Program-made: the position numbers and the translations under genes | Assembly: GCA_963717145.1 (NCBI GenBank) | Contig: OY970325.1 | Coordinates: 2,848,001-2,912,000 of the forward strand | DNA: 64,000 nucleotides | Source of the DNA: an uncultured Armatimonadetes bacterium | GTDB lineage: Bacteria; Armatimonadota; UBA5829; DTJY01 | Reading direction: 5' to 3' | Shown: one piece after another, positions 20,221-29,821 of the stretch | Layout of the letters: each line of letters opens with the position of its first letter | How positions within the stretch are numbered: the first letter of the stretch is position 1 | Notes under the pieces: model-generated | Databases searched by the model: none | What the model was told of the DNA's origin: nothing | What the model saw: the letters and a program-made list of their open reading frames with translations, nothing else

Positions 20221-22139
20221 AGAGCAACTACGATCATCTATCCAAAGAGGACCTGGTCGCTCAGCTTATCAAACGGGATTCGGAGCGAAAGCTGGGCTTG
20301 GTGTGGGAACGTGATCAGATCGAACACGAGCGTGCCCTGAACAATGATTTCGTGGCATTGGATCTTGTCCCGGAGCTCTCGGTGGGCGTTGCCCCATACC
20401 CGGACCTTCTTATCGAAGGCGACAACTTCGATGCCCTTCGGTACCTCCACATTGCATACAAAGGCCGGGTCAAGTGCATCTACATCGACCCTCCGTACAA
20501 CACGGGCAAGAATGATTTCATCTACAACGATAAGTTTGTCGATGAGGAAGACTCCTTCCGGCACTCGAAATGGCTGGAGTATCTCTTCCGGCGTCTCGAC
20601 CTAGCCAAAGACCTGCTGACGGACGATGGTGTGATCTTCGTGTCCATCGGCGAGACGGAGTATGCCAACCTTTCCCTCCTGATGGAGCAGATCCTCCCAG
20701 GCATGCGAGTCGGCACGTTTGTTTGGCGGCGTAGGAGTGGCGCAAACGACGCCAAGGAGTGGTTTCTGAGTGTCGATCACGAGTATGTGCTCTGTTATGC
20801 GAACAAAGGCTTCTCCTTCGCAGGCCAGGCGAAGAACCTGGGTGCGTACAGCAACCCGGACAACGACGAGCGAGGCGACTGGAACAACGACAATCTCGTC
20901 CAGGGGAAGAACTACAAGCAACGCCCCGACGCTTACTACTCCATGGTCAACCCGGAAACAGGTGTCTGGTACCCATGCGACCTGGACAACACTTGGCGTT
21001 TCGCCACCGAGGCACGGCTTCAGAATGGTAAGAAGATACGGACCAAGCCTATGGAGCAGATCATCGCAGAGAAGAGAGTTCTCTGGCCCAACGATGAGGA
21101 GACTGTTGTCTACAACACTGTGGCGGAACTGAAGCGGGCCATTGATGAGGGGAATGCCCCCAAGAACCTTCGAGTCTACCTGACTCTTGATGAGCTTCGC
21201 GAGCAGGTTGAGGCAAAGCAAGCTCCTGAGAGACTCCTTGGCTATATCGAGCCTCTGGAGAACTGGGTCGGTCGCGAGATCGGCTACGGCAAACCGCGCT
21301 ACAAGCGATTCCTCTGCGATCTGAAACGCACCGAGAGACCCGTGTCGACCTGGGTCCTTCCTTCATCCATCAAGAAGGAAGACTTGGAGATGCTCGACCT
21401 CGGCGAGGTCGAGGCTTTTCAGGTTGGGTTTACGAGTGAAGGGACAACGCTGCTGAACCAGATGATCGGCAACAAGGATTTCTCCTATCCCAAGCCCCTA
21501 AGCCTTCTAAAGTCGCTCATCGCCCAAGCCACGGATGCTGAATCGGGTCACATAGTGCTGGACTTCTTTGCGGGGAGTGGGACTACCGCACACGCGGTGA
21601 TGGCCTGTAATGACGAGGATGGCGGTAATCGGTCGTATATTCTGGTTTCGTCTACCGAGTCCACCGAAAAGGAACCGGATAAGAACGTCTGTCGGGATAT
21701 CACCACGAACCGTCTGCGAGCTGCGATAGACGGGTATTCGTATAGGGCACCGAAGGGAACTGTGGCCGTCGAGGGGCTTGGCGGCGAGTTCGCCTATCTA
21801 CGGACTCGGCGGATACCATTCGAGTCCCTCTACCTCGACATCCAGCATGATCAGATATGGTACGCATTGCAGCTCCTACACACCAGTGGCATTGCTCCGT
21901 ATGTCGCGCATGCGCCCTACCAGGAACGCGAAACAGATGCTGGGAATGTCGTCTACATTCCCGAACTCCAATCGCCCACGCTTGAGGCCATCCTGGAGAT
22001 AGCCAATGCCGCCCTCTCTCCGCTTGTGGTCTACACATGGCAGCCAGGACTGCTAACGCAGAGCATATACAACGAGCAAGTCTGCATCGAACCGATCCCT
22101 GAGTATCTTATCCAAAGGTTCGGGAGAAATGCGAGATGA
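20217..22139 (+). CDS. mod: type III R-M methyltransferase (Mod, beta class)
   Basis: LIEGDN, IYIDPPYNTG, HSKWL, YPKP..L, DFFAGSGTT. Confidence 0.9.
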   Translation: MKSNYDHLSKEDLVAQLIKRDSERKLGLVWERDQIEHERALNNDFVALDLVPELSVGVAPYPDLLIEGDNFDALRYLHIAYKGRVKCIYIDPPYNTGKNDFIYNDKFVDEEDSFRHSKWLEYLFRRLDLAKDLLTDDGVIFVSIGETEYANLSLLMEQILPGMRVGTFVWRRRSGANDAKEWFLSVDHEYVLCYANKGFSFAGQAKNLGAYSNPDNDERGDWNNDNLVQGKNYKQRPDAYYSMVNPETGVWYPCDLDNTWRFATEARLQNGKKIRTKPMEQIIAEKRVLWPNDEETVVYNTVAELKRAIDEGNAPKNLRVYLTLDELREQVEAKQAPERLLGYIEPLENWVGREIGYGKPRYKRFLCDLKRTERPVSTWVLPSSIKKEDLEMLDLGEVEAFQVGFTSEGTTLLNQMIGNKDFSYPKPLSLLKSLIAQATDAESGHIVLDFFAGSGTTAHAVMACNDEDGGNRSYILVSSTESTEKEPDKNVCRDITTNRLRAAIDGYSYRAPKGTVAVEGLGGEFAYLRTRRIPFESLYLDIQHDQIWYALQLLHTSGIAPYVAHAPYQERETDAGNVVYIPELQSPTLEAILEIANAALSPLVVYTWQPGLLTQSIYNEQVCIEPIPEYLIQRFGRNAR

Positions 22140-24634
22140 GTAGCCAGACGCTTCCGAAGGCATTTCAGCAGGAGTGCATAGATAACGCGTTCAGTGTCCT
22201 CTCAACATGCTTGGACAACATCGACAAGATTGCTGGAACCCCGAATGAGCCTTCCAGCAGGGAGCTGATAGTTGCCCGCAGCGGCAGTCTGCTCTTTGAG
22301 GCCCCGACTGGCACAGGCAAGACCCTCATGGCAGGTAACACCGTCGAACTGTTGAGTCTCAAGTATGACATCGTCTGGTTCTGGTTTGCGCCGTTCGCAG
22401 GTCTGATCGGTCAGACTCGGAAATCGATCAGAGGCGAATTCAGAAACCTGCGGGTGAAGGACCCGACAACAGATAGGTATGTGGAAACCGCCAGGTCTGG
22501 AGATGTGTTTGTCACTACATGGCAGAGCGTAGCAGTGGCCAACAAGGCGAGCCGTAAGGTCCGGCAGGACTCAGAAACAATGCTTTCCATCGATGTGGCG
22601 ATCAGCCGACTAAGGTCTCTCGGCTTCCACATAGGGGTTGTCATCGACGAAGCCCATCACTCCTTCAGAGGCAATACGCAGGCATTCTCGTTCTACCAGG
22701 ATGTGCTCTCGCCAGATGTCACTATCCTGGCGACCGCCACCCCTCGTGACCGCGACATCGAGGAGTTTGTCACGAAGACCGGGATTGCTCATCTAAGCCG
22801 CATTTCAGTATCTCGGAGCAGAGCCGTTGAATCCGGGCTGATAAAGAAAGGTGTCAAGGTCGCCGTATTCAAGGCGACGCAGACTGGAGTTCAGAGTCTC
22901 ATCAACTTCAAGCGGACCGCGCTGCAGTGCGCCGTCACAACGCATAGCAAGCTGAAGCAGGAGCTATCGGATGCCGGGCACTCCGTCGTTCCACTCCTGT
23001 TGGTCCAGGTTGATTCTAGCCCTGGCAGCGTAGAGACCGCAGTGGATTGGCTTCGTGAACTTGGTTTCACCGGTGAGCACCAAGTGAGTACCCATACTGC
23101 AGACGAACCGGATCCCCACTTGCTGGCCCTGGCGCAGGATGAACGAGTGGAGGTCCTGGTTTTCAAGATGGCAGTGGCAACGGGATTTGACGCCCCTCGG
23201 GCGTTTGCTCTTGTTTCCATGCGAACATCGAGAGATGCTGACTTCGGCACTCAGATTGTTGGCCGTATCATGCGAGTCGACCGCAGGCTGCAGGGAGCCG
23301 CCGACCTCCCGGAAACCCTGCAGTATGGTTACGTCTTCCTGTCGGACAACGCATCGCAGGAAGGACTCACCACTGCGGCACAGCGCATGAATGCGGTCAG
23401 GGATGAGTTGGCGGACGTTACAGATAATGTGGCTGTTGTGACCGTCGGTGAAGAAGGCCCTACCGCACAGATGACAGGCAGGGACGGGCAGACGTATCTG
23501 TTCATCCCCGTTCGGCCGGATATCGGCGAGTCCACCGAGCAAGAGGGTCGATCAGGCACCCACGTGTCGCCTGAGGTCCAGATTCTCGAAGGCTTCAACT
23601 TGATCGGCACTACCCACGCAGACAACGGCAACGGGGGCTCAGTAACCACACCGGGGACCGTCGTGGTATCGCCCGGGCAATACCGCTATCCTCTTCGGAC
23701 CGATCTGTCGTTTCCCAGGCGATTCAGGCGCGCGATTGTATCCTCGGACCAGACGAACCTTCTAGATGAGGTCCTAAGCCTGTTCCGATTCGACGACGCG
23801 CTCGTCCACACCGCGCAGCAGATTTCGACCAAAATACTCATGGAGTTGCTAGAGATATTCGGCAACAAGTCTGACCGCCCAAAGGAGATCCAAGCGGCGC
23901 TTGCCCAGCGTGAGATCGGCATTCAGGCTCAGCTCACCTTGATCTCTTTCAACGAGGATGGCCTGCTCGATATCAGGGCGCTACATAGGGCGTTGGGTGA
24001 ACAACTCAACAGAGAGCTGGGCAATCGCGGATTGCCTCATTTGGAGGAGGGACAGCCGCTACGGGATGGCGTAGACAAGATCCTGGCGCTCCGTCCAGCC
24101 AGTCTCAAGGAGGCGATCGTTGAGGCAACAAGACGCCATGTTGAGAGCCAGGAAGCAGCGGACATTCCCGAGGACCTATGCAGCACAAGAGAACTCGCTC
24201 TATCGCGCTTCAACATCTACGGCGTGTATCCCGAGGGTCTGAACACCTGGGAGGTCGCATTCGGTGAGCTATTGGACGCGGACCTGTCCGGGACCGTTCT
24301 ATGGTGGCACCGGAACCCTTCACAGAAGCCATACTCAGTTTGTACGCCGCTACCGGGCCAGATTCGTCAGAACAACTACTACCCGGATTTTGTCGTTGGC
24401 ATCAAGGGCAGAGCCCGTCCGGATAATATCCTTCTCGTCGAGACTAAGCGGGTACTAAACGACGAAGAGGGCAACGCCAGGGCGAAAGCTCAGATCGAGC
24501 ACCCAGACTACAAGAAAGTCATGATGCTCTACTGGGAGCGGGAAGAGCGGTGGATGGTAGTGGAGTATGATGCCACACAGGATAGGAATGTCCCAGATCG
24601 TGTATGGAGGACTGGATTGATGGTTGCTTTCTAG
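22136..24634 (+). CDS. res: type III R-M restriction subunit (SF2 helicase plus PD-(D/E)xK nuclease)
   Basis: EAPTGTGKT, IDEAHH, TATP, GFDAPR, QIVGRIMR, YYPDF...VETK; 4-nt overlap with mod. Confidence 0.85.
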   Translation: MSSQTLPKAFQQECIDNAFSVLSTCLDNIDKIAGTPNEPSSRELIVARSGSLLFEAPTGTGKTLMAGNTVELLSLKYDIVWFWFAPFAGLIGQTRKSIRGEFRNLRVKDPTTDRYVETARSGDVFVTTWQSVAVANKASRKVRQDSETMLSIDVAISRLRSLGFHIGVVIDEAHHSFRGNTQAFSFYQDVLSPDVTILATATPRDRDIEEFVTKTGIAHLSRISVSRSRAVESGLIKKGVKVAVFKATQTGVQSLINFKRTALQCAVTTHSKLKQELSDAGHSVVPLLLVQVDSSPGSVETAVDWLRELGFTGEHQVSTHTADEPDPHLLALAQDERVEVLVFKMAVATGFDAPRAFALVSMRTSRDADFGTQIVGRIMRVDRRLQGAADLPETLQYGYVFLSDNASQEGLTTAAQRMNAVRDELADVTDNVAVVTVGEEGPTAQMTGRDGQTYLFIPVRPDIGESTEQEGRSGTHVSPEVQILEGFNLIGTTHADNGNGGSVTTPGTVVVSPGQYRYPLRTDLSFPRRFRRAIVSSDQTNLLDEVLSLFRFDDALVHTAQQISTKILMELLEIFGNKSDRPKEIQAALAQREIGIQAQLTLISFNEDGLLDIRALHRALGEQLNRELGNRGLPHLEEGQPLRDGVDKILALRPASLKEAIVEATRRHVESQEAADIPEDLCSTRELALSRFNIYGVYPEGLNTWEVAFGELLDADLSGTVLWWHRNPSQKPYSVCTPLPGQIRQNNYYPDFVVGIKGRARPDNILLVETKRVLNDEEGNARAKAQIEHPDYKKVMMLYWEREERWMVVEYDATQDRNVPDRVWRTGLMVAF

Positions 24635-24644
24635 ATCGTTCATC

Positions 24645-24782
24645 GGAAGAGGCTCGACGTAGGGGAGCAGAGGGGGGCGCACCTACGAGCCCGCCTCCAT
24701 CCTCCTCGCCCGCATCCGCCAGGAACTCGCGGAGCAGGAAGCATCGAAGCCGAAGCGCGGGAAGGGCAGAAGCACATGCTAG
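24645..24782 (+). pseudogene. hsdS: C-terminal remnant of a type I R-M specificity subunit
   Basis: RTYEPASILLARIRQELAEQEASKPKRGKGR then TAG at 24780-24782; EPAS.LL.RI plus basic tail is a typical HsdS end; no start codon in frame. Confidence 0.65.
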
Positions 24783-24854
24783 CTGTATTGGCCCCGGTAG
24801 ACGGTGGGGAGAATTCGTCTCCATCTGAGCAGTTCGTTCATGAAGGGAGATAAC

Positions 24855-25304
24855 ATGGTCTGGCTTGAAATGTGGGCATTCGGTATGGCGTTTTTGACAC
24901 GTAGCGCGGTAACTGCAGGTATCGTCGCGCTAGTCGCCTATCTTATCTGGGCGAAGATCAAGGAGGACGCATCTCCCAAGAGCAGACACGGAACGGCCAT
25001 CTTCTTGGCAGCGTGGCTCGTGACCCTTGCCTTTATGGCCTTCGGCCAGGGGCGTACGCTCTTGGCAGCGCATTTCATCGATGGTACTTCCGCAGAGACT
25101 GTGGCTGCCTCTCTGCCAGCCGCACAGGCCCAGGCCTCCGGCATGGCGATCAGGCATGTGCTCCCTGCTGCCATAGTGTTTGGTCTTGTCGCCACGCCGC
25201 TTCGGCTGATCAGACGGCGATGGGTGCAATGGTTGGTCGCCATGGCCGCCTACGCCAGCCTATGCACCTACTTCGGCTTCCTGGATTCTCTCCTCGCGGC
25301 ATGA
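24855..25304 (+). CDS. hypothetical 4-TM membrane protein
   Basis: RBS AGGGAG; four hydrophobic segments. Confidence 0.65.
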   Translation: MVWLEMWAFGMAFLTRSAVTAGIVALVAYLIWAKIKEDASPKSRHGTAIFLAAWLVTLAFMAFGQGRTLLAAHFIDGTSAETVAASLPAAQAQASGMAIRHVLPAAIVFGLVATPLRLIRRRWVQWLVAMAAYASLCTYFGFLDSLLAA

Positions 25305-25360
25305 TTCGTAGTGACCCGCAAGCCGGCTGGTGAGAGCATCGTAGATAAGGGGCAAAGAGA

Positions 25361-26329
25361 ATGATAGTACCGAAACTCGGGCGGTTGGAGAATATCGACC
25401 TACGAAGCGTCTTCAACTCGGAGAGTCAGGCCTTTACGCCCTGGCTTGCTCAGAGCGAGAACCTCGCGCTGCTTGGCGAGCGCATCGGCCTCGCCCTCGA
25501 TCTTGAATGCACCGAAAAAGATGTCGGGCCGTTCAGGGCCGACATCCTCTGCAAGGATTCCTCCAGCGATGCGTGGGTGCTGATCGAGAACCAGATCGAG
25601 CGCACCGACCATGCCCACCTCGGGCAGCTTCTTACCTATGCCGCTGGTCTGGAGGCAATCACGATTGTCTGGGTCGCGCAGAAGTTCACTGAAGAACACC
25701 GCGCGGTCCTCGACTGGCTGAACGAGCGGACCGACGATAAGATCAACCTCTTCGGGCTCGAAGTGGAGCTGTGGCGAATCGGCGAGTCCGAAATCGCCCC
25801 CAGGTTCAATGTTGTCAGCAAACCGAACTACTGGACGAGATCGGTCAAGCAGGCTGCGGAGGGAAAGATCACCGAACATAAGCAACTACAACTCGACTTC
25901 TGGACAGCCTTCCGCGAATACATGGAGAAGAACAGCAAGATCAAGTGCCAGAAGCCCTCTCCACAGCACTGGATGAACCACGCCATCGGCACGAGCGGTG
26001 TGGGACTAAACTCGATCATATCAACCTGGAATTCCGAATCTGAGCGTTTCGACGATCCTGAACTTCGGGTTGAGCTCAGTCTTCACGATGCCGACGCGAA
26101 GGAGAGATTTGCCGCATTGGAGAGCAGGAAGTCCGAGATCGAGCAGAAACTCGGGATGTCGCTCACATGGCACAATCCGGAGGAGAAAAACTCCTGCCGT
26201 ATCTACACGCGCATCGACGGAGACTTCCGGAACCGGTCGCTCTGGCCCGAACATCACGCATGGCTTAGAGAGAACCTGGAAGCGTTCCAGAAGGTCTTCG
26301 CCCCGCTGGTCAAGAGCTTCCAGAAGTGA
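25361..26329 (+). CDS. DUF4268 domain protein with N-terminal PD-(D/E)xK (NucS-like) nuclease fold
   Basis: E...FTPWL, ADIL, IENQ..TDH.HLGQLLTYAAG; C-terminal FW..F and LE..K.EIE..LG..L.W. Confidence 0.8.
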   Translation: MIVPKLGRLENIDLRSVFNSESQAFTPWLAQSENLALLGERIGLALDLECTEKDVGPFRADILCKDSSSDAWVLIENQIERTDHAHLGQLLTYAAGLEAITIVWVAQKFTEEHRAVLDWLNERTDDKINLFGLEVELWRIGESEIAPRFNVVSKPNYWTRSVKQAAEGKITEHKQLQLDFWTAFREYMEKNSKIKCQKPSPQHWMNHAIGTSGVGLNSIISTWNSESERFDDPELRVELSLHDADAKERFAALESRKSEIEQKLGMSLTWHNPEEKNSCRIYTRIDGDFRNRSLWPEHHAWLRENLEAFQKVFAPLVKSFQK

Positions 26330-26491
26330 TTCCGGCCCGCTCCCCCCATGTCCGGTCTCATGGGCGGGCGGGAAACGGGGGGAACGGCCTTCCTTGTTCG
26401 GTCATGTCGCCTCTTGATTGTGATCCCGCCGGAGTGCGCCGAGCAGGGCTAGCAAGTGCCGCATCACGTGCTAGCTTCTCGGAATCGGGTA

Positions 26492-26500
26492 TGGTATACT
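26492..26500 (+). promoter_or_regulatory. extended -10 promoter
   Basis: TGGTATACT about 40 bp before the ATG at 26542. Confidence 0.5.
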
Positions 26501-26541
26501 GTCATTGAGAAGGGGGGCTGACCACACTGATTCACCCTGCA

Positions 26542-27522
26542 ATGCGCGACATCTATCAACGCCTAAGAGAGCAGAAGTTCGACGCCGCTTTCGTGAGGAA
26601 GTACATACTTCCTGAGTGGTGGGAGGACAAGCTTGCCGAGATTCCGGCGAACCGCCAGTACGCCGAAGCGGTCATATCTCGTCAACTCGGCATAGAGATG
26701 TCCAGCCTCAGAGACAAGGATGCGCCCCTCAAGTTCCGCCCGGCAGCGCAGTTCAAGCTGAAGAGCAGAGGCGGCGCGACCGCGAGCGATCTCAGGGTGG
26801 CCCGCATACTCGGGGAACGCATCGCGAAGATTGCGGCCTCCACGCTGGAGACGAAGCCCGACCTCGGCGATCTCGACGCCTCCTCCATCCGGCAGACGAT
26901 ACTCGCGTCCGGTGCGAAGTGGGTGGGCTTTCACGAACTCCTCGATTTCTGCTGGAGCATCGGCATTCCTGTGGTTCACCTGTGTGCAAAGCTGCCCACG
27001 GGAAACAAGAAGCCTGATGCAATGGCGGTCTGGACTGAAGAACGTCCGGTTATCGTCATCGCGTCCGGCAAGACGCACCCTGCCTGGCACATATTCATCA
27101 TCGCCCATGAACTAGGGCATATCGCGCTCGGCCATCTCTCGCAGGGGGAGGTCAGCATCGATTCGGCAGTGGAGTTCGACTCCGGTGTGAGAGAAGAGGC
27201 AGAGGCGAATGCATTTGCGGTCGAGCTTCTCAGCGGAGATCCCGATCTCCGTTTCAGCCCTCCACCGCGCAGGATCAATGCGCGCGGGTTGGCCGCAGTT
27301 GCCGTCTCGATCGGTGAGAAGCTCTGCATCGATCCCGGCTTTCTCATGCTCAGCTACTCTCGCAGCCAGGCCTTCTACCCGCTGGCCCAAGCCGGACTCA
27401 AGGTCCTGAGTTCGGAGGCGAATGCCTGTCGCCTGTACCAACAGCCATACGAACTACTGAGCATTGACGAGATGACCGAAGATAACCGGCATGTATTCGA
27501 GTGCCTCACGGAGGCCGCGTAG
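26542..27522 (+). CDS. ImmA/IrrE (M78) Zn-metallopeptidase
   Basis: FIIAHELGHI (HExxH) and EAEANAFAVELL; no obvious XRE HTH. Confidence 0.85.
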   Translation: MRDIYQRLREQKFDAAFVRKYILPEWWEDKLAEIPANRQYAEAVISRQLGIEMSSLRDKDAPLKFRPAAQFKLKSRGGATASDLRVARILGERIAKIAASTLETKPDLGDLDASSIRQTILASGAKWVGFHELLDFCWSIGIPVVHLCAKLPTGNKKPDAMAVWTEERPVIVIASGKTHPAWHIFIIAHELGHIALGHLSQGEVSIDSAVEFDSGVREEAEANAFAVELLSGDPDLRFSPPPRRINARGLAAVAVSIGEKLCIDPGFLMLSYSRSQAFYPLAQAGLKVLSSEANACRLYQQPYELLSIDEMTEDNRHVFECLTEAA

Positions 27523-27527
27523 ACTCC

Positions 27528-28163
27528 GTGGGCGATCTCATCTTCGCGGATAACGATATCCTGCTGAAGCTTGCAGAGTACGACCTGCTGCAACACGCCT
27601 GCACTGCTCTATCTACCACTCCCTCCAGTATCAGATTCCAGCCCGCCACAAAGCATGTGATCCTCCACATGCGGGACAAGGCGATCAAGGGCAAGGAGTC
27701 GCCGTATTCCCAGAGGGCATTCGATCGGGCGATCGCCTTTGTCGAGAGCGCGTCCTACCCCACAGATCGCCCCAATATCGACTGGGCGGAGGGCAGCGAG
27801 GGTATCGACTTCGGCGAGGCGCAGTTGGCGAGTTGGGCGGTCGAGGCGGATGACAGCCTCCTCCTCACCGGCGACAAGCGCTTCATGAAGGCCCTGGCGG
27901 GTTCGCCCGCGGCGAGGCACATCTTCGATGGACTGCGTGGTCGAGTGGTATGTCTGGAAGAGATTCTGCGGGCGATTATGCGTACAGATGGAGTGGATTG
28001 CGTCCGCAAGGCGGTGAAGCATGCTCCGAAGTGCGACCAGGCGATAAGCTTCGTCTTCGGCAGCCGGTTCGATCTCCCGGACGAGCAGGTGTGGGATGGA
28101 ATCGACAACCTCCTGCGGGAGATCACGGCGATAGTCGGCGTCGGCTGGCTCAGGCGTATCTAG
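27528..28163 (+). CDS. PIN-like domain protein (putative RNase toxin)
   Basis: GTG 5 nt after peptidase stop; acidic motifs ADNDILL, IDFGEAQL, LLLTGDKR. Confidence 0.6.
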   Translation: MGDLIFADNDILLKLAEYDLLQHACTALSTTPSSIRFQPATKHVILHMRDKAIKGKESPYSQRAFDRAIAFVESASYPTDRPNIDWAEGSEGIDFGEAQLASWAVEADDSLLLTGDKRFMKALAGSPAARHIFDGLRGRVVCLEEILRAIMRTDGVDCVRKAVKHAPKCDQAISFVFGSRFDLPDEQVWDGIDNLLREITAIVGVGWLRRI

Positions 28164-28223
28164 CCGTAGATGCCGGTCTTCGGTGATCAGTAGCCTGTGG
28201 GCCTGCGGGAGTCAGCCGGACGT

Positions 28224-28483
28224 GTCACTTCCGCGGAAGTGACGCCTTGGTTCTGCAGTAAGTGCCCACCTCTTCTGCTGTCGGTGCCCACCTCTTCTGC
28301 TGCCGGTGCCCACCTCTTCTGCTGTCGGTGCCCACCACTTCTGCTGTCGAGGCCCACCACTTCTGCAGTCGGAGCCCTACTCTACTGCAGTCGGAGCCCT
28401 ACTCTACTGCTGCCGGAGACCATCACTTCTGCGGTCGATGCCCACCACTTCTGCAGTCGGTGACCATCACTTCCGCAGTCGGA
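28224..28483. repeat. 20-bp perfect palindrome followed by 10+ degenerate 22-bp tandem units
   Basis: GTCACTTCCGCGGAAGTGAC at 28224-28243; units start every 22 nt from 28251 to 28471, typical unit TTCTGCTGTCGGTGCCCACCTC. Confidence 0.92.
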
Positions 28484-28682
28484 AGGCGTCCGGGAGTGAG
28501 CGGACGGTGTCCCGACGGTAGAGAGTACTGATTCCGGACTTAGTAATTCTAGGTTCAGCAACCGCAAATATACGGCTGGTACCCTGAGGTTACCGGGATG
28601 AACCGCCGACAATGATATACGGGCGGCTAATCTGTAACACAAGCCGCCCGAGGTTCTTGTGGGAGTTCACAGTCAAGGATAG

Positions 28683-28858
28683 CGGATGTCATTCTGAGCG
28701 GAGTACTGCGTCGCAAGCGCAGTTGTTTCCGCCGGAAGGAAACTCCCAACTGGGTGGGCGGGCGGGTACAAACTCCGGGAACCGGCCGCCGCATCCGGAG
28801 TTTGTACCCGCCCGCCCACCCAGTTGGGAGTTTCTTTCTCGGGAGCGAATGACATCCG
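28683..28858. repeat. nested inverted-repeat element
   Basis: 12-bp outer IR CGGATGTCATTC/GAATGACATCCG around a perfect 40-bp stem (28739-28778 with 28795-28834). Confidence 0.85.
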
Positions 28859-28926
28859 TGTGGACTCACAGGGATCCTGATCGATCTGTGTCGGAATGAC
28901 ACATCGGAGACACTGGAGGTGTCAGA

Positions 28927-29604
28927 ATGTCTGATTACTTACCAAACAAGGATGTTGATTTGCAGCTATGGACGGCCCGGTTTGTGGCCTATGTGAGTTC
29001 GAACCTGGCTCACCTGGGCCTCGTGGCGGGGGATATAGTCGACCTGGCGGCCGCCGAGCCGGAGTTCAGCGGCGCGCGCATTGCGCTCGATACCGCGTAC
29101 ACTGCCTACAAAAGCGCCCTCTCGGAGAGGGACCTCAGGCGCGAGTCGCTGGTCGATGCAATCAGGCCGCTGGTCGCCCGCATCCAAACCAACCCTGAGA
29201 CGACGAATGTCGATCGGGAGGCAATGTGGATCCCGCTCAGAGGCAATGCGCCGTCCGCTCAGACCGTTGCAGAGGGATCGCCGGATAGACCGACCGCCAG
29301 CATCGACATCCGGGCGCTGCTCACGCATACGCTCCGCATCGAGAACACGGATGGGACCACCACGACTAAGGGGAAACCCGAGGGCGTGAAGGCGGTCGAG
29401 GTCTGGGTCAAGGTCGGGGAGCAGCCGACGGGAGAGCCCGAGACGGACATGCGGTATGTGAACATGTCGAGCAAGAACACGATGGCTGTGCCGTTCACAA
29501 CCGTAGATGGAAACAAGCAGGCGCATTACAAGTTGCGCTGGGTCTACAAGAACGGCATCAAGGGCGGCTGGTCCGACCTCCAGAGCGCGACGATAGCGGC
29601 TTAG
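28927..29604 (+). CDS. conserved hypothetical protein: N-terminal helical bundle plus C-terminal FN3-like domain
   Basis: RBS GGAGG; DYLP.KD..L..W...F start, KPEGV..VEVW, Y.LRW....G.KG.WS end; no signal peptide. Confidence 0.8.
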   Translation: MSDYLPNKDVDLQLWTARFVAYVSSNLAHLGLVAGDIVDLAAAEPEFSGARIALDTAYTAYKSALSERDLRRESLVDAIRPLVARIQTNPETTNVDREAMWIPLRGNAPSAQTVAEGSPDRPTASIDIRALLTHTLRIENTDGTTTTKGKPEGVKAVEVWVKVGEQPTGEPETDMRYVNMSSKNTMAVPFTTVDGNKQAHYKLRWVYKNGIKGGWSDLQSATIAA

Positions 29605-29608
29605 GGGG

Positions 29609-29703
29609 GATGGTTGATGGTTGATGCCGGAGATGGTTGATGGCTGATGGCTGATGCCGGAGACCGGAAACCGCAGACGAATGCGGATTGGGGAATGCGG
29701 AAT
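29609..29703. repeat. heptamer tracts (GATGGYT)n and GAATGCG units
   Basis: Directly visible; same heptamer at 40878-40980. Confidence 0.7.
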
Positions 29704-29761
29704 ATGCAGACCGCCGACCAAACCGCAGAGGCACAGAGAAGACAGAGGAATAGGAAGAATC

Positions 29762-29797
29762 GGGCGGGGCGTTTCGGCGCTCCCGCCCTCTTTTTTT
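29762..29797 (+). terminator. intrinsic terminator
   Basis: GGGCGGGGCG-TTTCGG-CGCTCCCGCCC stem followed by T7. Confidence 0.75.
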
Positions 29798-29821
29798 CAT
29801 TACCAGACCCCGATCCGGAGA

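Noticed and set aside
18201-28163. Complete BREX system, prophage or integrative element
   Set aside because: No BREX core genes, integrase, tRNA target, att repeats or phage structural genes seen
28251-28483. CRISPR array
   Set aside because: Units are contiguous 22-mers with no unique spacers, and no cas genes are present
28197-28531. Three Cys/Pro-rich ORFs over the array
   Set aside because: All frames give the same rotating peptides because of the 22-nt period; no RBS
28224-28620. Plasmid replication origin as a firm call
   Set aside because: Iteron-like period, but no Rep gene or clear DnaA boxes, and the context is chromosomal; kept only as an analogy
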